DNA of 64,000 nucleotides from the human T2T-CHM13v2.0 reference genome, Homo sapiens. Where the stretch lies: the NCBI RefSeq assembly GCF_009914755.1, contig NC_060947.1. One strand, 5' to 3'. Within the stretch, counting starts at the first letter, position 1. The number at the start of each line of letters is the position of its first letter. The notes below the pieces were generated by a model. It was given only the letters and a program-made list of their open reading frames with translations. It did not search any database and was not told where the DNA came from. A program made the position numbers and the translations under genes. Below, piece by piece: positions 28,195-40,597 of this stretch.

Positions 28195-28794
28195 AATTGG
28201 TTTTATAGATGTATAATTAACATACAACAAAATGTACCCATTTTAAGTGTATAGTTTGATGACAATTGTATACACCCATGCAACCACTACCTCACCAAGA
28301 TATAGAAAATTTCCATCTCCCTAGAAAATTCCCTGTGCTCCTTTCCAGTCGAAACCTCCTCCTCCCCCCACCAAAACAACCACTATTCTGACCTCTATCA
28401 CCATAGATAAGTTTTGCCTGTTCTACAACTTCCTGTAGGTGGAATCCTTCTGTGTCTGGCTCCTTTTGTTAAACATGTTTTTGAAATTCACCCACATTGT
28501 TGCATGTGTTGATAGTCTATTATTTTATATTGCTCAAAAATATGGATATACCATCATTGGTTTGTACATTCACCTATTGATGGACATTTGAGTTATTTCC
28601 AGGCTTGGAATGTTACAAATAATGCTGTTCTGAGAATTCATCTACAAGTCTTTGTACATATGATTTCTCTTGGGCAAACTCCTAGGAGTGGAATGATAAG
28701 CATATGTTTAACTTTTTAAGAAACTACCTAACTTTTCCAAAGTTGTTTTTATCATTTTACATTCCCATTAGCAGTGTAGAGGAGTTCCAGTTGG
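28195..28794 (-). mobile_element. L1ME-type 3' fragment
   Basis: TATAATTAACATACAACAAAATGTACCCATTTTAAGTGTATAGTTTGATG...CAACCACTATTCTGAC...GATGGACATTTGAG. Confidence 0.85.
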
Positions 28795-29047
28795 CTTTTG
28801 CATGTCAAAAGAAGGTTCTAGGGAAAAGGCAATGATTAGCTCTCAGGACTGACAATACTGGAAAATTTTAGATGTTAGGGGTGAAAGGGGGGAGCTTCCC
28901 AGAGCTCCACAAATCACACCACATGAGATATCTTTCAATTGGTCTCCCTGCTTCCTCCAGGAATTAACTTCCTGATATATATGTGCACAACAGGAAGGGA
29001 ACCAAGGAAAGGAAGTGGCTTTGAGGAGATCAATTAGGGCAGGGCAG

Positions 29048-29212
29048 GGTGGAAAGAGCACTGGACTTGTAATGAAAGTCCTGCGTTCAAGTCCTAGTTC
29101 TTCCATGGCCCAGGTGGTGATTATGACCCTTAGCCTGTGTCTCATTATTCTCATCTGTGAAATAGGGAATATAAATCCCACCCTACCTGATTCACAAGGT
29201 TACAGTGAGTCT
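29048..29212 (+). mobile_element. MIR SINE fragment
   Basis: GGTGGAAAGAGCACTGGACTTG...TCTCATCTGTGAAATAGGGA. Confidence 0.7.
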
Positions 29213-29704
29213 TAGCCCTGGCAGAGGAGCCATGTGTACAAGGACTTTATTAAGGGGAAGATTGTAATGGCATTGATGGGGCTGATACAACTGCCCAGAT
29301 TCTCGAAATCCTAGAGTCTTGGAGTCCAGGCAGAGAGGCAGAGTGAAGGTATGGATAGCCCCACTTCCTGGGCAGGGGCAAAGTCTCATATAGAAGAGCA
29401 TCCTGCCCTGCTCTCAACCTAAAGTTTTGGCTGGGAAGCATTAGCAGGGACAATTGCAAGACATCAGAAATTGGATAGCTCGGTGCCACTCTCTGCTGTG
29501 TTACCAACAGACAGAGTAAGTCCTTTGAACTTCCCTGGGCTTAAATTTTCTCACTGATAAAATTAAGATGATGATATCTTCCTTTCCATCCCTCTCCGAA
29601 AGTTGAAAGATCTCTGTGAGATAGAAGCATTATTGCAAACTGCTGCACTGTTCGTTCCCATGAACAGTGGATGGATGGCTGGGGCTAGGGCTGGAGCTGC
29701 CAAA

Positions 29705-29880
29705 AAAGCCAGGGCTTTGGAGTCTGACACATCCTGGCTCAAGTCCTACTGAAGCCCCAACCCCTTACTTACCATCTCAAGCCTCAGGTACCCTATATGT
29801 AAAATGGGGGTAGTGATACCTCTGAGGCTGGAGGATTAAATGAGTCAAAGAATATGGATATAGTCCTAGGCCCCATGATG
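29705..29880 (+). mobile_element. MIR SINE fragment
   Basis: GGGCTTTGGAGTCTGACA...TGTAAAATGGGGGTAGTGATACC...GAGGATTAAATGAG. Confidence 0.7.
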
Positions 29881-29909
29881 GGAAGAGTGAAGCTTCTCAG
29901 TAAATGAGA

Positions 29910-30545
29910 TAGTGGTAGGTAAGTAAGAAGGTTAAAATGACATCCACTGGCCATGAGCCTGTGACCTTGACAAATGTTATGTTACTTATCCTCTTACATC
30001 TGGTGGGATCACAAGGAAGCACACTGTGAGATGGAGGTGGACATGGAGATGTGAGTGCAAGAGGTTTATTGAGGAGTGCCCTTGGAATCAGCAACAGTGG
30101 GTGAGTGAAGAAGGCAGGGCTGGGTCAAGGAAGGAGTTGAGCTACTGCGGTGTGGTCACAAAGGAGACCTCAGTTGAATCTCTGGGACCTCTGGAGCTGG
30201 GGTAGCCTCACTGAGTTGTCCAGCATCCAAGTGAGGCAATGAGCCTTTATACCCCTGCATAACCCTGTCACTGAATGTGGGTTGCCCCCAAGAAGGGGTG
30301 TGACCTTAAGGATGTTTTCTGAAGGGACAGTCAATGTGAACTGTCCTCATGCCAACACTCCCAGAAGCTGGGGGAATAAGTGCCTCGGTCCTGAAGGGAC
30401 ATCTGCATCCACTAAACCTCCCTGTACCTCAGTTTCCTCATCTATAAAATGTGGATAATCATAGTGCCTACATTACTGGTTTAGATCAGGATTAAAAGAG
30501 TTAATTCGTAGAACGTCCTTAAAACAGTGGCTGCTGCATACTATT
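29910..30545 (+). mobile_element. MIR SINE split by an LTR16
   Basis: CTGTGACCTTGACAAATGTTA before the LTR; AACCTCCCTGTACCTCAGTTTCCTCATCTATAAAATG after it. Confidence 0.7.
29990..30414 (-). mobile_element. LTR16C-type ERVL solo LTR
   Basis: GTGCAAGAGGTTTATTGAGGAGTGCCCTTGG...CTCTGGAGCTGGG...CCAACACTCCCAGAAGCTGGGGGAATAAGTGCCTCGGTCCTGAAGGG. Confidence 0.75.
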
Positions 30546-32167
30546 TGTAGTGCTAGGATTTTAGAAAACATCCAATAAATCTTTTTCAAATGAATAAATA
30601 GATGAATGAGCTCTTTCAACCCTGTCCAGAATAAAAAACAAATGTCATGTTTGCTCATTTTGGGGAAAAAAGCCCACTAGCCAGGTGACAAAGCATTTGG
30701 CTGGAAAGCAGAGAATTCAATATATTTTAAACCATGGGACTCCTGTGCAGAGGAAATTTAAATCTCCTTTTCAAAACATTTGCTGCACCTGAGGGTCCAG
30801 TATTCCCCATGTGCGCATTGCCAGAGTCCTTTACCCTCAGTGTGTTGAGCTGCAGTATGGGGATTTGACAGCTGAAGACAGCTCAGCAGGGTGCAGGAAA
30901 GCAGACATTTAATGTGCTTTGACAATACAAAGGGTTATATAAACGACCCAGTTTCTGTAATTTTGCTGTAACTGTCATGAGAATTGCTATAGACAGATAC
31001 GGAGAAGGCCCTGTTTATGCACTTAAACTTTAAAAGGTTTAACCACTAAACACAGTCTCTTTCTCTTCCCCTCCCCTCCTCACAATCCTGCATTTAAATT
31101 GCATGGAGGTGGGGGTGCAGGGCCAGGGGATGGCAGTTGAAATAATGGGTTGCCTTTATCCGCCCAGCTTCTGGATCAGCGCCCCACTTTCTGACTCCTG
31201 GGCCAAGCACCTGCCCCTGGCCAGCCTTCTCTGGAAGATTTCCTTCCCTACCTGCTCGCGACAAGATGCTGAGAGGGGGAGGGATGGCAGGAAGTGAAAT
31301 GCACTGGCTCTGAGCTTACGGCTTTTGCCCAATTTAAATCTGGTTCCCATCCCAGTGTTCAGAGCACGTTGCTGTTTGATTCTTGCCATCACGTCTTAGA
31401 AGACTTTGCCCAAGGTGGGGGTGGGGATAGTTCTAAAGCCAGACAGGCAGGAGGCAGGAGGGTTTATGCAGGCAGATACCACAGGCTTCCAAGCTAAGTG
31501 CCTTAGCAGGGAGAGCTCCCGGCTGCTGCTGACATTTCTCAGACAGGAGATCAATAAGTGGGCAGAGCTTGAAAAGCAAATCATGCTTCGACCTGCCCTG
31601 GGGAACCCTCAGCAACTGTCTTGGTAGAGAAGGTGTCCCAGAGGAGGCCAGGAAAGACAGGGGGACGCAGAGAGCCTTGATATTCTGAGATGGGGGCAGG
31701 GAAATCGAGACTGCCCAAGGAGATGAAAGGGGCAGATGCTGCCATCCTCCCTACTCCCATCCTCCCTCCACAGTTCTTGCTGAGTGTGTTAAGACCCCTG
31801 ACTTCTGCCTCCTAGGTAAAACCAGACATTTGGAGGTGGATCTGCAGCTGATGTAGCATTTACAGTCCAAATGAGCTTGGCTTGAGCATGGAAAGCTGCT
31901 CCAGCTGAGAGACCCTCTATCTGTGGTTGAGCCCCTCCTACTCTCTGTCCAACCAGCACCCAGGAGGAGTTTAAATATTTCTCCACACTCCAATCACATG
32001 GTCAAGAAAATTTTCTAAAGCAGATAGTCATGCACTCACACACACAAAGTGGACCCCACAGAACTGGAAGTAGGTACAAAACTTGGTTCTGATCTGGTAA
32101 ACCTGGTCCACTGCAATAATTTAAACTCTCTTTTGGAAATTCAGTCTCCTTGACTTTAAATTGTCCC

Positions 32168-32582
32168 TGTCTTAGTACGTTTCGTGTTGCTATAAAGGAA
32201 TACCTACCACTGGGTAATTTATAAAGACAAAAAGTTTTTATTTGGCTCACAATTCCGATGTCTGGAAAAGTTCAAGATCAGGTATCTGGTGAGAGCCTCA
32301 AGCTGCCTCCACTCATGGTGGAAGGCAAAGGGGAGCTGATGGGTTCAGAGATCACATGGTGAAACAGAAAGCAAGAGAGTGAGGAAGGAGACGCTGAGCT
32401 CTTTTAACAAACAGCTCTCAAGGGAATTAATAGTTAGAACTCACTCACTCTTTCCAGAATGGCACCAAGCCATTCACGAGGGATCCACCCCCATCCAACA
32501 CCTCCCATTAGGCGCCACCTCCAACACTGAGGATCAAGTTTCAGCATGAGGTTTGAAGGGGACAAATATTCAAACCAGAGCA
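32168..32582 (-). mobile_element. MSTB-type MaLR solo LTR
   Basis: TGTCTTAGT...GCTATAAAGGAATACC...CAAACCAGAGCA; TSD GTCCC / GTCTC. Confidence 0.88.
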
Positions 32583-33342
32583 GTCTCTCTCTCCAGTTTG
32601 CTTTCCTTTACTTGATCCTCTCCAAGATGGTACCTGGATATGGGGTGGGAACATGCTACATCCTTCTGGTGGTGGAGGAAGGGGATCTATCAGTGTTATC
32701 ATTCCAATTCCTGGGCGCTTCATGTCTCCACCACAACAGATGTCCCACAACGCTGACAACTGCTGAAGTCTGTGGTTAGTGAACCTGTGGTTTCCTCTTT
32801 GCTGACTCAGTCCGTACTCAGCCCTTGCTGCTATTGAATGTCCCCTGAGACATGGTCATGACCTCTATTCAATCTCCCATTCAGGTGGCCCAATCCACTC
32901 ACTTGACTCTAGAATTTTTTCCTTTTTTGAGCTCTTCTGCCTGTGTCTTGCCAACATCTCTGTTCCCCTAGGGGCCTTTGAGCATTTCTGGCATCTTTTG
33001 TGTGCCAAATGGAGCCCAGGATAGCTCAGGAATGCTAACTCGACTTGCTCTCTGCCTCACCAGTAGCTACTTGAGGTTACTGCGGGTACACAGCGCTAGG
33101 CTGGCTCCTCCTGGAGTCCCAGACAGAGAGTAAAATGACTGCACTTCTGCCATTGGCTTTTCCTTCACTCCAATTAGACAACTCCCCTCTCTGAAACTTT
33201 CATCCAGACAGAGCTAGAAGGAGCAGGATTTTCTGGTCTAGTTGAAGCTTCACTCATGCCATATATACTGTCTTCCTGATCCAAGCTTCCTCATGGTTTA
33301 GCCTTCATGGCAGAGGCTGGATGGAGAAAGAAATGGTTTCTC

Positions 33343-33816
33343 TTCTCAGTTTGGGTTCTTTTGAAAGCAAAGCATGACACAAAGTCCTGGGTGAAGGTAG
33401 CTTATTTCAAAGGTAATCCCAGTGAAGAAGTAAAGTGAATGAATGGAGAAAAAAGAAGGGATTAAGACACAGTAGGAACAAATATCAATATAATGGAGGG
33501 CAACAGGGACTGATTTCCCAGGAAAGCATATAGAATGCCTTGTAGAATTGTCCACTGGAAGGGCAGGAGGTTGGGGCATTTATTCACTAGCCACTGTCTG
33601 ACCCTGGTGAGGATTGTCCCTGAGGATGTTAACTTTCTCCCATTTCTGAGCTACACAAGCACATGACCTGGGCAAACTTTCACATAAGTAATGAAGGTTC
33701 AGGGGCAGAAAGAAGACAGACACTTGGCTTAAGGTAAGTCTGCCCATTGCAGCTGAGGCTGAAACTGGAGGTGGGCCAAGGGGGTGATGAAGGTCTCTAG
33801 AAGTGTCTGATATACT
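33343..33816 (-). mobile_element. LTR33-type ERVL solo LTR
   Basis: CTCAGTTTGGGTTC...GGTAGCTTATTT...GGGGCATTTATTCACTAG...GAGGTGGGCCAAGGGG. Confidence 0.65.
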
Positions 33817-34317
33817 TCCCCAAAGGAAATTTAAATGAGGAGGAATTATTTAGACCATATTACTGTATGCCTTAAATATTTGGTCTAATCTCCTTGTTTT
33901 AATGGGAGAAAACTGAGGCTCTACAAAGTCCTGATTCACCCAACATCAAAATAGTCAAACCCTGAGCCATATCTACAACTTGAGTGCTGGAGATTCAGGT
34001 CAGAGCTCTTTTTACTGTATCATACAAATCCATTCAGCCAACAATAGAATCTTTATTAACTATCCATGATGTTCATAGGATTGTGAAGTATAACGATAGT
34101 TCCTGCTTTCAGGGAAGTTGTAATCTAGATGACAGAAGTTTGTTCCCCAGTCATTATATGTACTTCTTAGAAAGGTATTGGCTTAGGTATCCTCTATTCG
34201 ATCAGCTAGTACTCCAGAAACATAAGGAAGAGACCAAAGGGCACCCAAAATACAGAGTGCTTATGAGAAATATGCACTCAGAAAGTTATAACTGGATATT
34301 AATCTGAGCTAGGAAGG

Positions 34318-35483
34318 TGTAGCAGGCAGTCTCTAAGAGTCTTGTTCCCAAGATCCCTGCCTCGTAGTATTCATCCCTGCCCTTGTGAAATAGTCTCCTC
34401 TTTGAGTATAGGCTGGACCTAGTGACTCACTTGTAATGGATAGATTATGGCAGAAGTGATGAGATGTCTCTTGCAAGATTAGGTTATAAAAAGACCATGG
34501 CTTCGGTTCTGGGTGCTTTCTCTCATACTCTGTTGTGTTGTTGGCTCTGGAGGTGGCCAGCTACCATGTCATGAGACAACCCACTAAAGAGGTCCATGTG
34601 AGTGAACTTGAAAACACATCCTCTGTGGAGAAATAGGAACACTTTTACACTGTTGGTGGGACTGTAAACTAGTTCAACCCTTGTGGAAGTCAGTGTGGCG
34701 ATTCCTCAGGGATCTAGAACTAGAAATACCATTTGACCCAGCCATCCCATTACTGGGTATATACCCAGAGGACTATAAATCATGCTGCTATAAAGACACA
34801 TGCACACGTATGTTTATTGCGGCACTATTCACTATAGCAAAGACTTGGAACCAACCCAAATGTCCAACAATGATAGACTGGATTAAGAAAATGTGGCACA
34901 TATACACCATGGAATACTATGCAGCCATAAAAAATGATGAGCTCATGTCCTTTGTAGGGACATGGATGAAATTGGAAATCATCATTCTCAGTAAACTATC
35001 GCAAGGACAAAAAACCAAACACCACATGTTCTCACTCATAGATGGGAATTGAACAATGAGAACACATGGACACAGGAAGGAGAACATCACACTCTGGGGA
35101 CTGTTGTGGGGTGGGGGGAGGGGGGAGGGATAGCATTAGGAGATATACCTAATGCTAAATGACGAGTTAATGGGTGCAGCACACCAACATGGCACATGTA
35201 TACATATGTAACTAACCTGCACATTGTGCACATGTACCCTAAAACTTAAAGTGTAATAATAATAATAAAAAAAAGAAAACACATCCTCCCCAGATCGAGT
35301 CTTGAGATGAGACTACAGCCCCAGTGATACCTTAATTGCAGCCTCATGAGAGACACTGAGCCAGAGGACCCAGCTAAGCCATACCCAGATTTCTGATCAT
35401 ACAATACTGTGAGATAATTTTTTGTTGTTTTTTATTGCTAAGTTTTGGAGTGATTTTTTATACAGCAATAGGTAATTGATACA
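34318..35483 (+). mobile_element. MLT1F-type solo LTR split by an L1PA3 fragment
   Basis: TGTAGCAGGCAGTCTCTAAG start; CAGCAATAGGTAATTGATACA end; TSD GAAGG / GAAAG. Confidence 0.85.
34624..35274 (+). mobile_element. 5'-truncated L1PA3-type LINE-1 (651 bp)
   Basis: ORF2 C-terminus (ORF 34681-35052), G-rich 3'UTR and A-tail; perfect 14-bp TSD GAAAACACATCCTC at 34610-34623 and 35275-35288. Confidence 0.96.
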
Positions 35484-35833
35484 GAAAGCACTGCATTAGA
35501 TGTTGGCAATGAAAGTATGAGTAAAATGCATGGACTTATAAGCAAGTAACAGAAATCTATGCAAACTACCTTAAGCAGAAAGGAGCATGTATTAGAAGGA
35601 TTTGTGGTTGTTTCCCAGAAATCAAGGGCAGGAAGGGCAACAGTACTCATGAAGACTGGAGGCAGAACTTAAGATCTGTTGAGAACTAGGTAGTGAGTCA
35701 CTTTTTTCCTGACTTCCTCTGTTTATGAGGCCATTAAATATTTTATGATGGCCTCCTTCTGTCTCAATGACAGACATTTTCTATTTCTCCTTATACATGG
35801 GAAAAATCCAACACCCTAGGGGATCTTACATGT

Positions 35834-36297
35834 TGTGACAGTTAACTTTGCATGTCAACTTGACTGGGCTAAAGTATGCCCAGGTAACTGGTGAAACAGT
35901 TATTTCTGGTTGTGTCTGTGAGGGTATTTCTGGAAGAGATTAATATTTTAATCAGTAGACCAAGTAAAGATCTGCCCTTGCCAATATGGGCAGGCATCAT
36001 CCAATCCATTGAAGGCTAAAATAGAACAAAAATGCAGAGGAAGAGCAAATTTGCTGTCTCTTGTTGAGTTGGGACATCCATCTTCTACTGACCTTTGACA
36101 TTGGTGTTCCAGGTTCTCAAACTTTCGGACTTGGATGGAGACTTACACACCATTGGTTCTCCAGTTCTCAGCCTTTTGGACTTGGACTGGAACTATACCA
36201 TTGGCTTTCCTGGGCATTCAACTTGCAGATTACAGATCATGGGACTTCTCAGCCCTCCAAATCATATAAGCCAATGAGTCATAACAAATCTCCTTCT

Positions 36298-36353
<56 letters not shown>

Positions 36354-36565
36354 TTCTTCTTTCTTTCTTTCTCTCTTTCCTTGTTTTTCTTTCTTTCTTT
36401 CTCTTTCTTTCTTTCTCTTTCTTTCTTTCCTTCTTTCTTTCTCTCTCTCTCTCTCTATATATATATATCAGATCATGGGACTTCTCAGCCCCCCAAATCA
36501 TACATATACATACACACACACATATATATATAGTTCTGTTTTTCCAGAGATCCCTGACTGATACA
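35834..36565 (+). mobile_element. MLT2 (ERVL) solo LTR with internal microsatellite
   Basis: TGTGACAGTTAACTTTGCATGTCAACTTGACTGGGCTA start; CCCTGACTGATACA end. Confidence 0.88.
36292..36468. repeat. Compound (TTTC)n-(CT)n-(AT)n microsatellite
   Basis: Seen directly inside the MLT2. Confidence 0.95.
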
Positions 36566-36884
36566 TGTGTTTTTGCCATTTGTGTATAACAGATATTTAC
36601 TTAAGTTGCTGTGACCAAATTCCCAATTCCTGAAAGAGAACATCAATAGGCACATCTTAGGTCAGTTGTACTTTTATGGTCCCTTTAAGAGAGGAAGCAA
36701 ATGGGGTTATGGAGCTGGCTGTCCACTCAGAAGGGACTTTTTTGAGAAGAAGATATGGCAAATGCAGGCAAAGTAACCAAGAAGTTTCTTGAAGTGCCCT
36801 CAAGAAGCTTGCTATTTATTTGACTTTGCTGAGAAGAAAGGAATCTGGAATTTAGTGCATTTTACTGGCACATTCTTAGCTGGA

Positions 36885-37050
36885 GGACTGGGAGTAGACT
36901 AGAGAGAGCTGTGCACTGAGGCCTAGCTGAGTGTCTTCTTGAAAACCCCTAATCTTTGCTAGGCTTCAGGTTCCTCACCTATGAGATAAGCAATTGGACC
37001 TCGGGTGAGCTCTACTGGCTCTCCTACCTTCAAAATTCTGTGACTCTAAG
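36885..37050 (+). mobile_element. MIR3-like fragment
   Basis: GGCTTCAGGTTCCTCACCTATGAGAT...TTGGACCTCGGGTGAGCTCTA...AAAATTCTGTGACTCTA. Confidence 0.55.
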
Positions 37051-38479
37051 GGAATGAGAAAGCAGAGGTGGCATCTCCAGATGTCCTCATGGAAATGTGG
37101 TGCCTATCATTGTGTGACCAGATAGTCAAGGTCTCCAGCATGTGCTGGAGGTGCTCAGGGCTGTGAGATCCCTGGCCAACACTAAGATCAGTAGTATTGA
37201 TCTTGAGGACAATCAAACCATGATGCCCCAACTTTTAGAAAAAAGAATGTATTTGTGGGCAAAGATTCAGATACACTGAACTTTAGAAGCTCTCAGTGGC
37301 CTTGAGCCTTATACAGTTGAAGGCTACCTGGAGAATTTACAAGGCGGAACATTTTAAAAATAGAAAAACCAATTTTATCCCCAAGGCTGTGCTGTCTTCT
37401 TGCAGAAGGTTGTTGGGATGAACACAGTTGCTTTTCGAATAATGGGCTGGGGCGCACCCACATGTGATATTGGTCTCATGCACCCACCTTCCCACTTCCT
37501 CTTACACACACACACATGCACACACCATCTCCTGAGAGTCTTAATCTCAATAATCTCTCTTCAGGCTTTCTCTCAGCCACTCAGAGTTCAGCCTGCTACT
37601 GACATCACCATATCCGGAGAGAAGCACCAATCAGCCTGCTTCTTGCCTTGTGTTATTTGCATGTCACCACCTTATTCCAGTGTTGGTGGAGATTTTGGTT
37701 TTTGTTTTATTAATTTCAATGTAGAAACACTTTCCTCCCCTTGGCATTTCTAATAGCTGGAAGGAGAAATGGGTGGAAATAATTACCTCTGCTCATTTCA
37801 TGCCTGAACTAGAAGAATGTGTGACTCAGGTCTGGAATCTGATAAGGAGGTGCCTTTCTAGGAAACAAAACTTACACAAGGAATACCAATTTAACGTGGC
37901 AGACACATTCTTGCTTTGCTTTCCTCTCCTTTTTTCCCCCTTTCACAAAGAGAAGCAGTGTGTGTGCTAAGGAGCTGAGAATCCAGCTACGTCTTTGTGG
38001 TAGCGGGAAGCCACCTCCTTCACCAGTGAGGATGGATTAGTTAATGCCTGTTAAATGCTTTGAAATGAAATGTCTTCTGTACCCAAATACTCAATCTGAT
38101 TATAGCCCTAGGTCTGATATCACAGGAGGGAAATGTAGTTCCTGACTGACACCATAGCTGTCAAAGTGGGCCTTTTTGGTGGAAGCTGTGATTGCTGCTT
38201 CCTTCCTGATCAAAGGACAACACCTTGGAAAGGGAAAATGGCACTAGTGCCTTACCCAGTTGTGAGAGACGGGAAGGGAGTGGGGTGCACAGAGAGAAAG
38301 AGAGAGATAGAGCAAAAATCTTGAGAGGAGGGAGGCAGGGGATTGGGTAAGGAGCAGAGTGGGAGAGAGGGAGAGAGAATTCCAATTATTATCAGGATCA
38401 GAGAGCTGTAGCTTACCCTTACATTTCTGTGAAACCCACTGAAAACAAATGCAGTCTTGGAAAAGATAAGGTTTACCCT

Positions 38480-38500
38480 AACAACAACAACAACAACAAC
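38480..38500. repeat. (AAC)7 microsatellite
   Basis: Seven perfect AAC units. Confidence 0.92.
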
Positions 38501-39090
38501 AAAAAGCTGCTTTTCCAAGTTAAGGTGTCAGGGATTGTTTTACTTGGCTTTGCTTTATCTGTTTGCTTATTTGGTTAGTGGGTTGCTTGGTTGGCAGCAT
38601 TTTGCTATTTTAGTGTAAAATCCAACAAATATGAGTCTTTGTATTTTGCCAAGGTAGATCTTTCTTTTTGCCTTGAAATATGGCCTGATCATTTGCCCCA
38701 GTTGCAGGAAGATTCGAGACTTCCTCACATTAAATGACAGGTCCAGCCTGCCTGGACCTTCTTGGATTCTGATCCTGTCTTTGTCTGCCTTGGAGATACC
38801 TGCACTCAGGTGGTCATTCCAGCTGCCCTCTAGTTGCAGGCAGCTGAGGCTTGCTCTTATCCAGTGGTCATGCTGAGCCTGCTAAGTTAAATTACCTTCT
38901 TTATCTGTGGGGAAGAGGACACAAGGCAACTCAGAGATAGAAAAGATAATGGGCAATGACAAGAGAGGGTTCTTGTCAGGGAAAATCTGACAAAAAGAAG
39001 GTAGAAGTACTGCTGAGTCTGTGAGTTATCCACCCTGGAGGCTGTCAAAGCCCATGCCAGTGGAGGCTTACCCAGAATGAGCTGCAGGAT

Positions 39091-39730
39091 CACTCATTCA
39101 TTCATTCACTCTTTTTTCTTTCTCTTTCTCTCTCCTTTCTCTTCTTTCTTTCCTTACTTCCTTTCATTTTTTTCTTTCTTTCTTCCCCATTTCTTATAGT
39201 ATACATTTATCCATTCACCTGCATTCATTAATGATAACATTTATTGATTCTGCATTTATTATATGTCTATTCTTTCAACAAACATGTATTAAGTATCTCC
39301 TATGTACTAAGTACTATTCTAGGTTCCAGTCTTACAATGATAAATAAAATAAGGATTCTGACTTAAAGAAATCAAGCTCATACCCAAACAACCGTATTAC
39401 AAATTAAACATAATACTTGTCCTAATAAAGTTCCTCCAGTGGGGTTTCTGGGTGCTCAAAGTGGAGGGGTTATGTCCAGCTACAGAGATCTCAGAAACTT
39501 TTGCAGAGGAGGTAATATGAGCGGGGCCTGAAGAGATAGAAGGAATTTTCCTACATAGTCATAGGTGATTGACAAGAAATATAACTGTCAGTAGGTCCAG
39601 CTCAAAGAAGGGCACGGGGATAAGGCTTGCTGGATCAATGCCAGGAATTAGATGACTGGAGCACAGGGTAGAGCAAGCAGGGGCAGGAGATGGGTCCAAA
39701 GTCTAGAGAGCCCTAGGGTGCTGTGCCACT
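39091..39730 (-). mobile_element. L2 3' region with TC-rich expansion at the tail
   Basis: CATTCATTCATTCA tail; CAACAAACATGTATTAAGTATCTCCTATGTAC...; GAGGAGGTAATATGAGC. Confidence 0.6.
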
Positions 39731-40114
39731 TTCCTTTCTAACATCGCTGCCACATCCAATATTAAGGGCCTCCTTCTGGGACTTCAGAAGGGGCTCCAAA
39801 GGCCACAGATAAAACATGGTCACTTGAGAGAAGCAGGAGGGAAGGCTGCCTGGGTGGTGGGTGAATGTCCTGGAGTCTTTTCTCATTAGCAGTTCAGCCT
39901 AGATGAGTTGATCACATTTACTAATTTTAGTAAAAGTATTATGTATCCTAGCCCAAGCTTGTATAGCAAAATGAATAAGAGTAGTGAGTTTGGATTTTGG
40001 GTTTCATAGACCAATACAATTTTTTTAAAATTAGGGGGGTGGCCATAAGTATGTCAACTTTTAGTTTTGACCAGAAAGAATATACTCAAAATTTGTCAAT
40101 TCACTATCACCATC

Positions 40115-40335
40115 TGTGGCAAAGGCTGCAAATTGCCTACCAAGTACCCATTCTCTCCTTCTTCTTGACAAACAGAATGCTATTTTATTTGGGGAAGCAA
40201 TATGTCCAAATCAAAACCACATTTTCCAGCCTCTGAGTGGAACATCTGGGAAAGCTCTTAAAGAGGGCTGACCAGTTGGCATGGGTCTTTTTCCCTCCTC
40301 TCTTGTTCTTTCTTCCGATTTAAAATTACCATCTT
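40115..40335 (+). mobile_element. MLT1I/J-type LTR fragment
   Basis: TGTGGCAAAGGCTGC...CCCATTCTCTCCTTCTTC...CATTTTCCAGCCTC. Confidence 0.6.
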
Positions 40336-40597
40336 TGCAGGACCATAGCTGGTCCTCCAAAGCTCTCTTAGTGTTTGTGATTCTCTCCGTTGATGCCCAC
40401 CCCATATTTGACCCCTTGTGGGTGTATGAGGGAAGTGAGCATGTTGACATCTGACCCCTCAACCTTCTCTCTCTTTCTGAGGCTCCTCCTTCTACCATCG
40501 CAAGAGCTTTTGTTTGCTCCTGCTGTCTGGGAGTAACTGCCATTGAATCATGACCTTCTCATTTCATAGCGAGAACTATGCCTTTCATATAAGTTAA

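Noticed and set aside
36061-36579. 166-aa and 105-aa ORFs
   Set aside because: Read through the MLT2 LTR and the (TTTC)n microsatellite; no protein-like content.
39885-40105. AT-rich stretch suspected to be a DNA-transposon remnant
   Set aside because: I could not identify termini, a TSD or a family with confidence.
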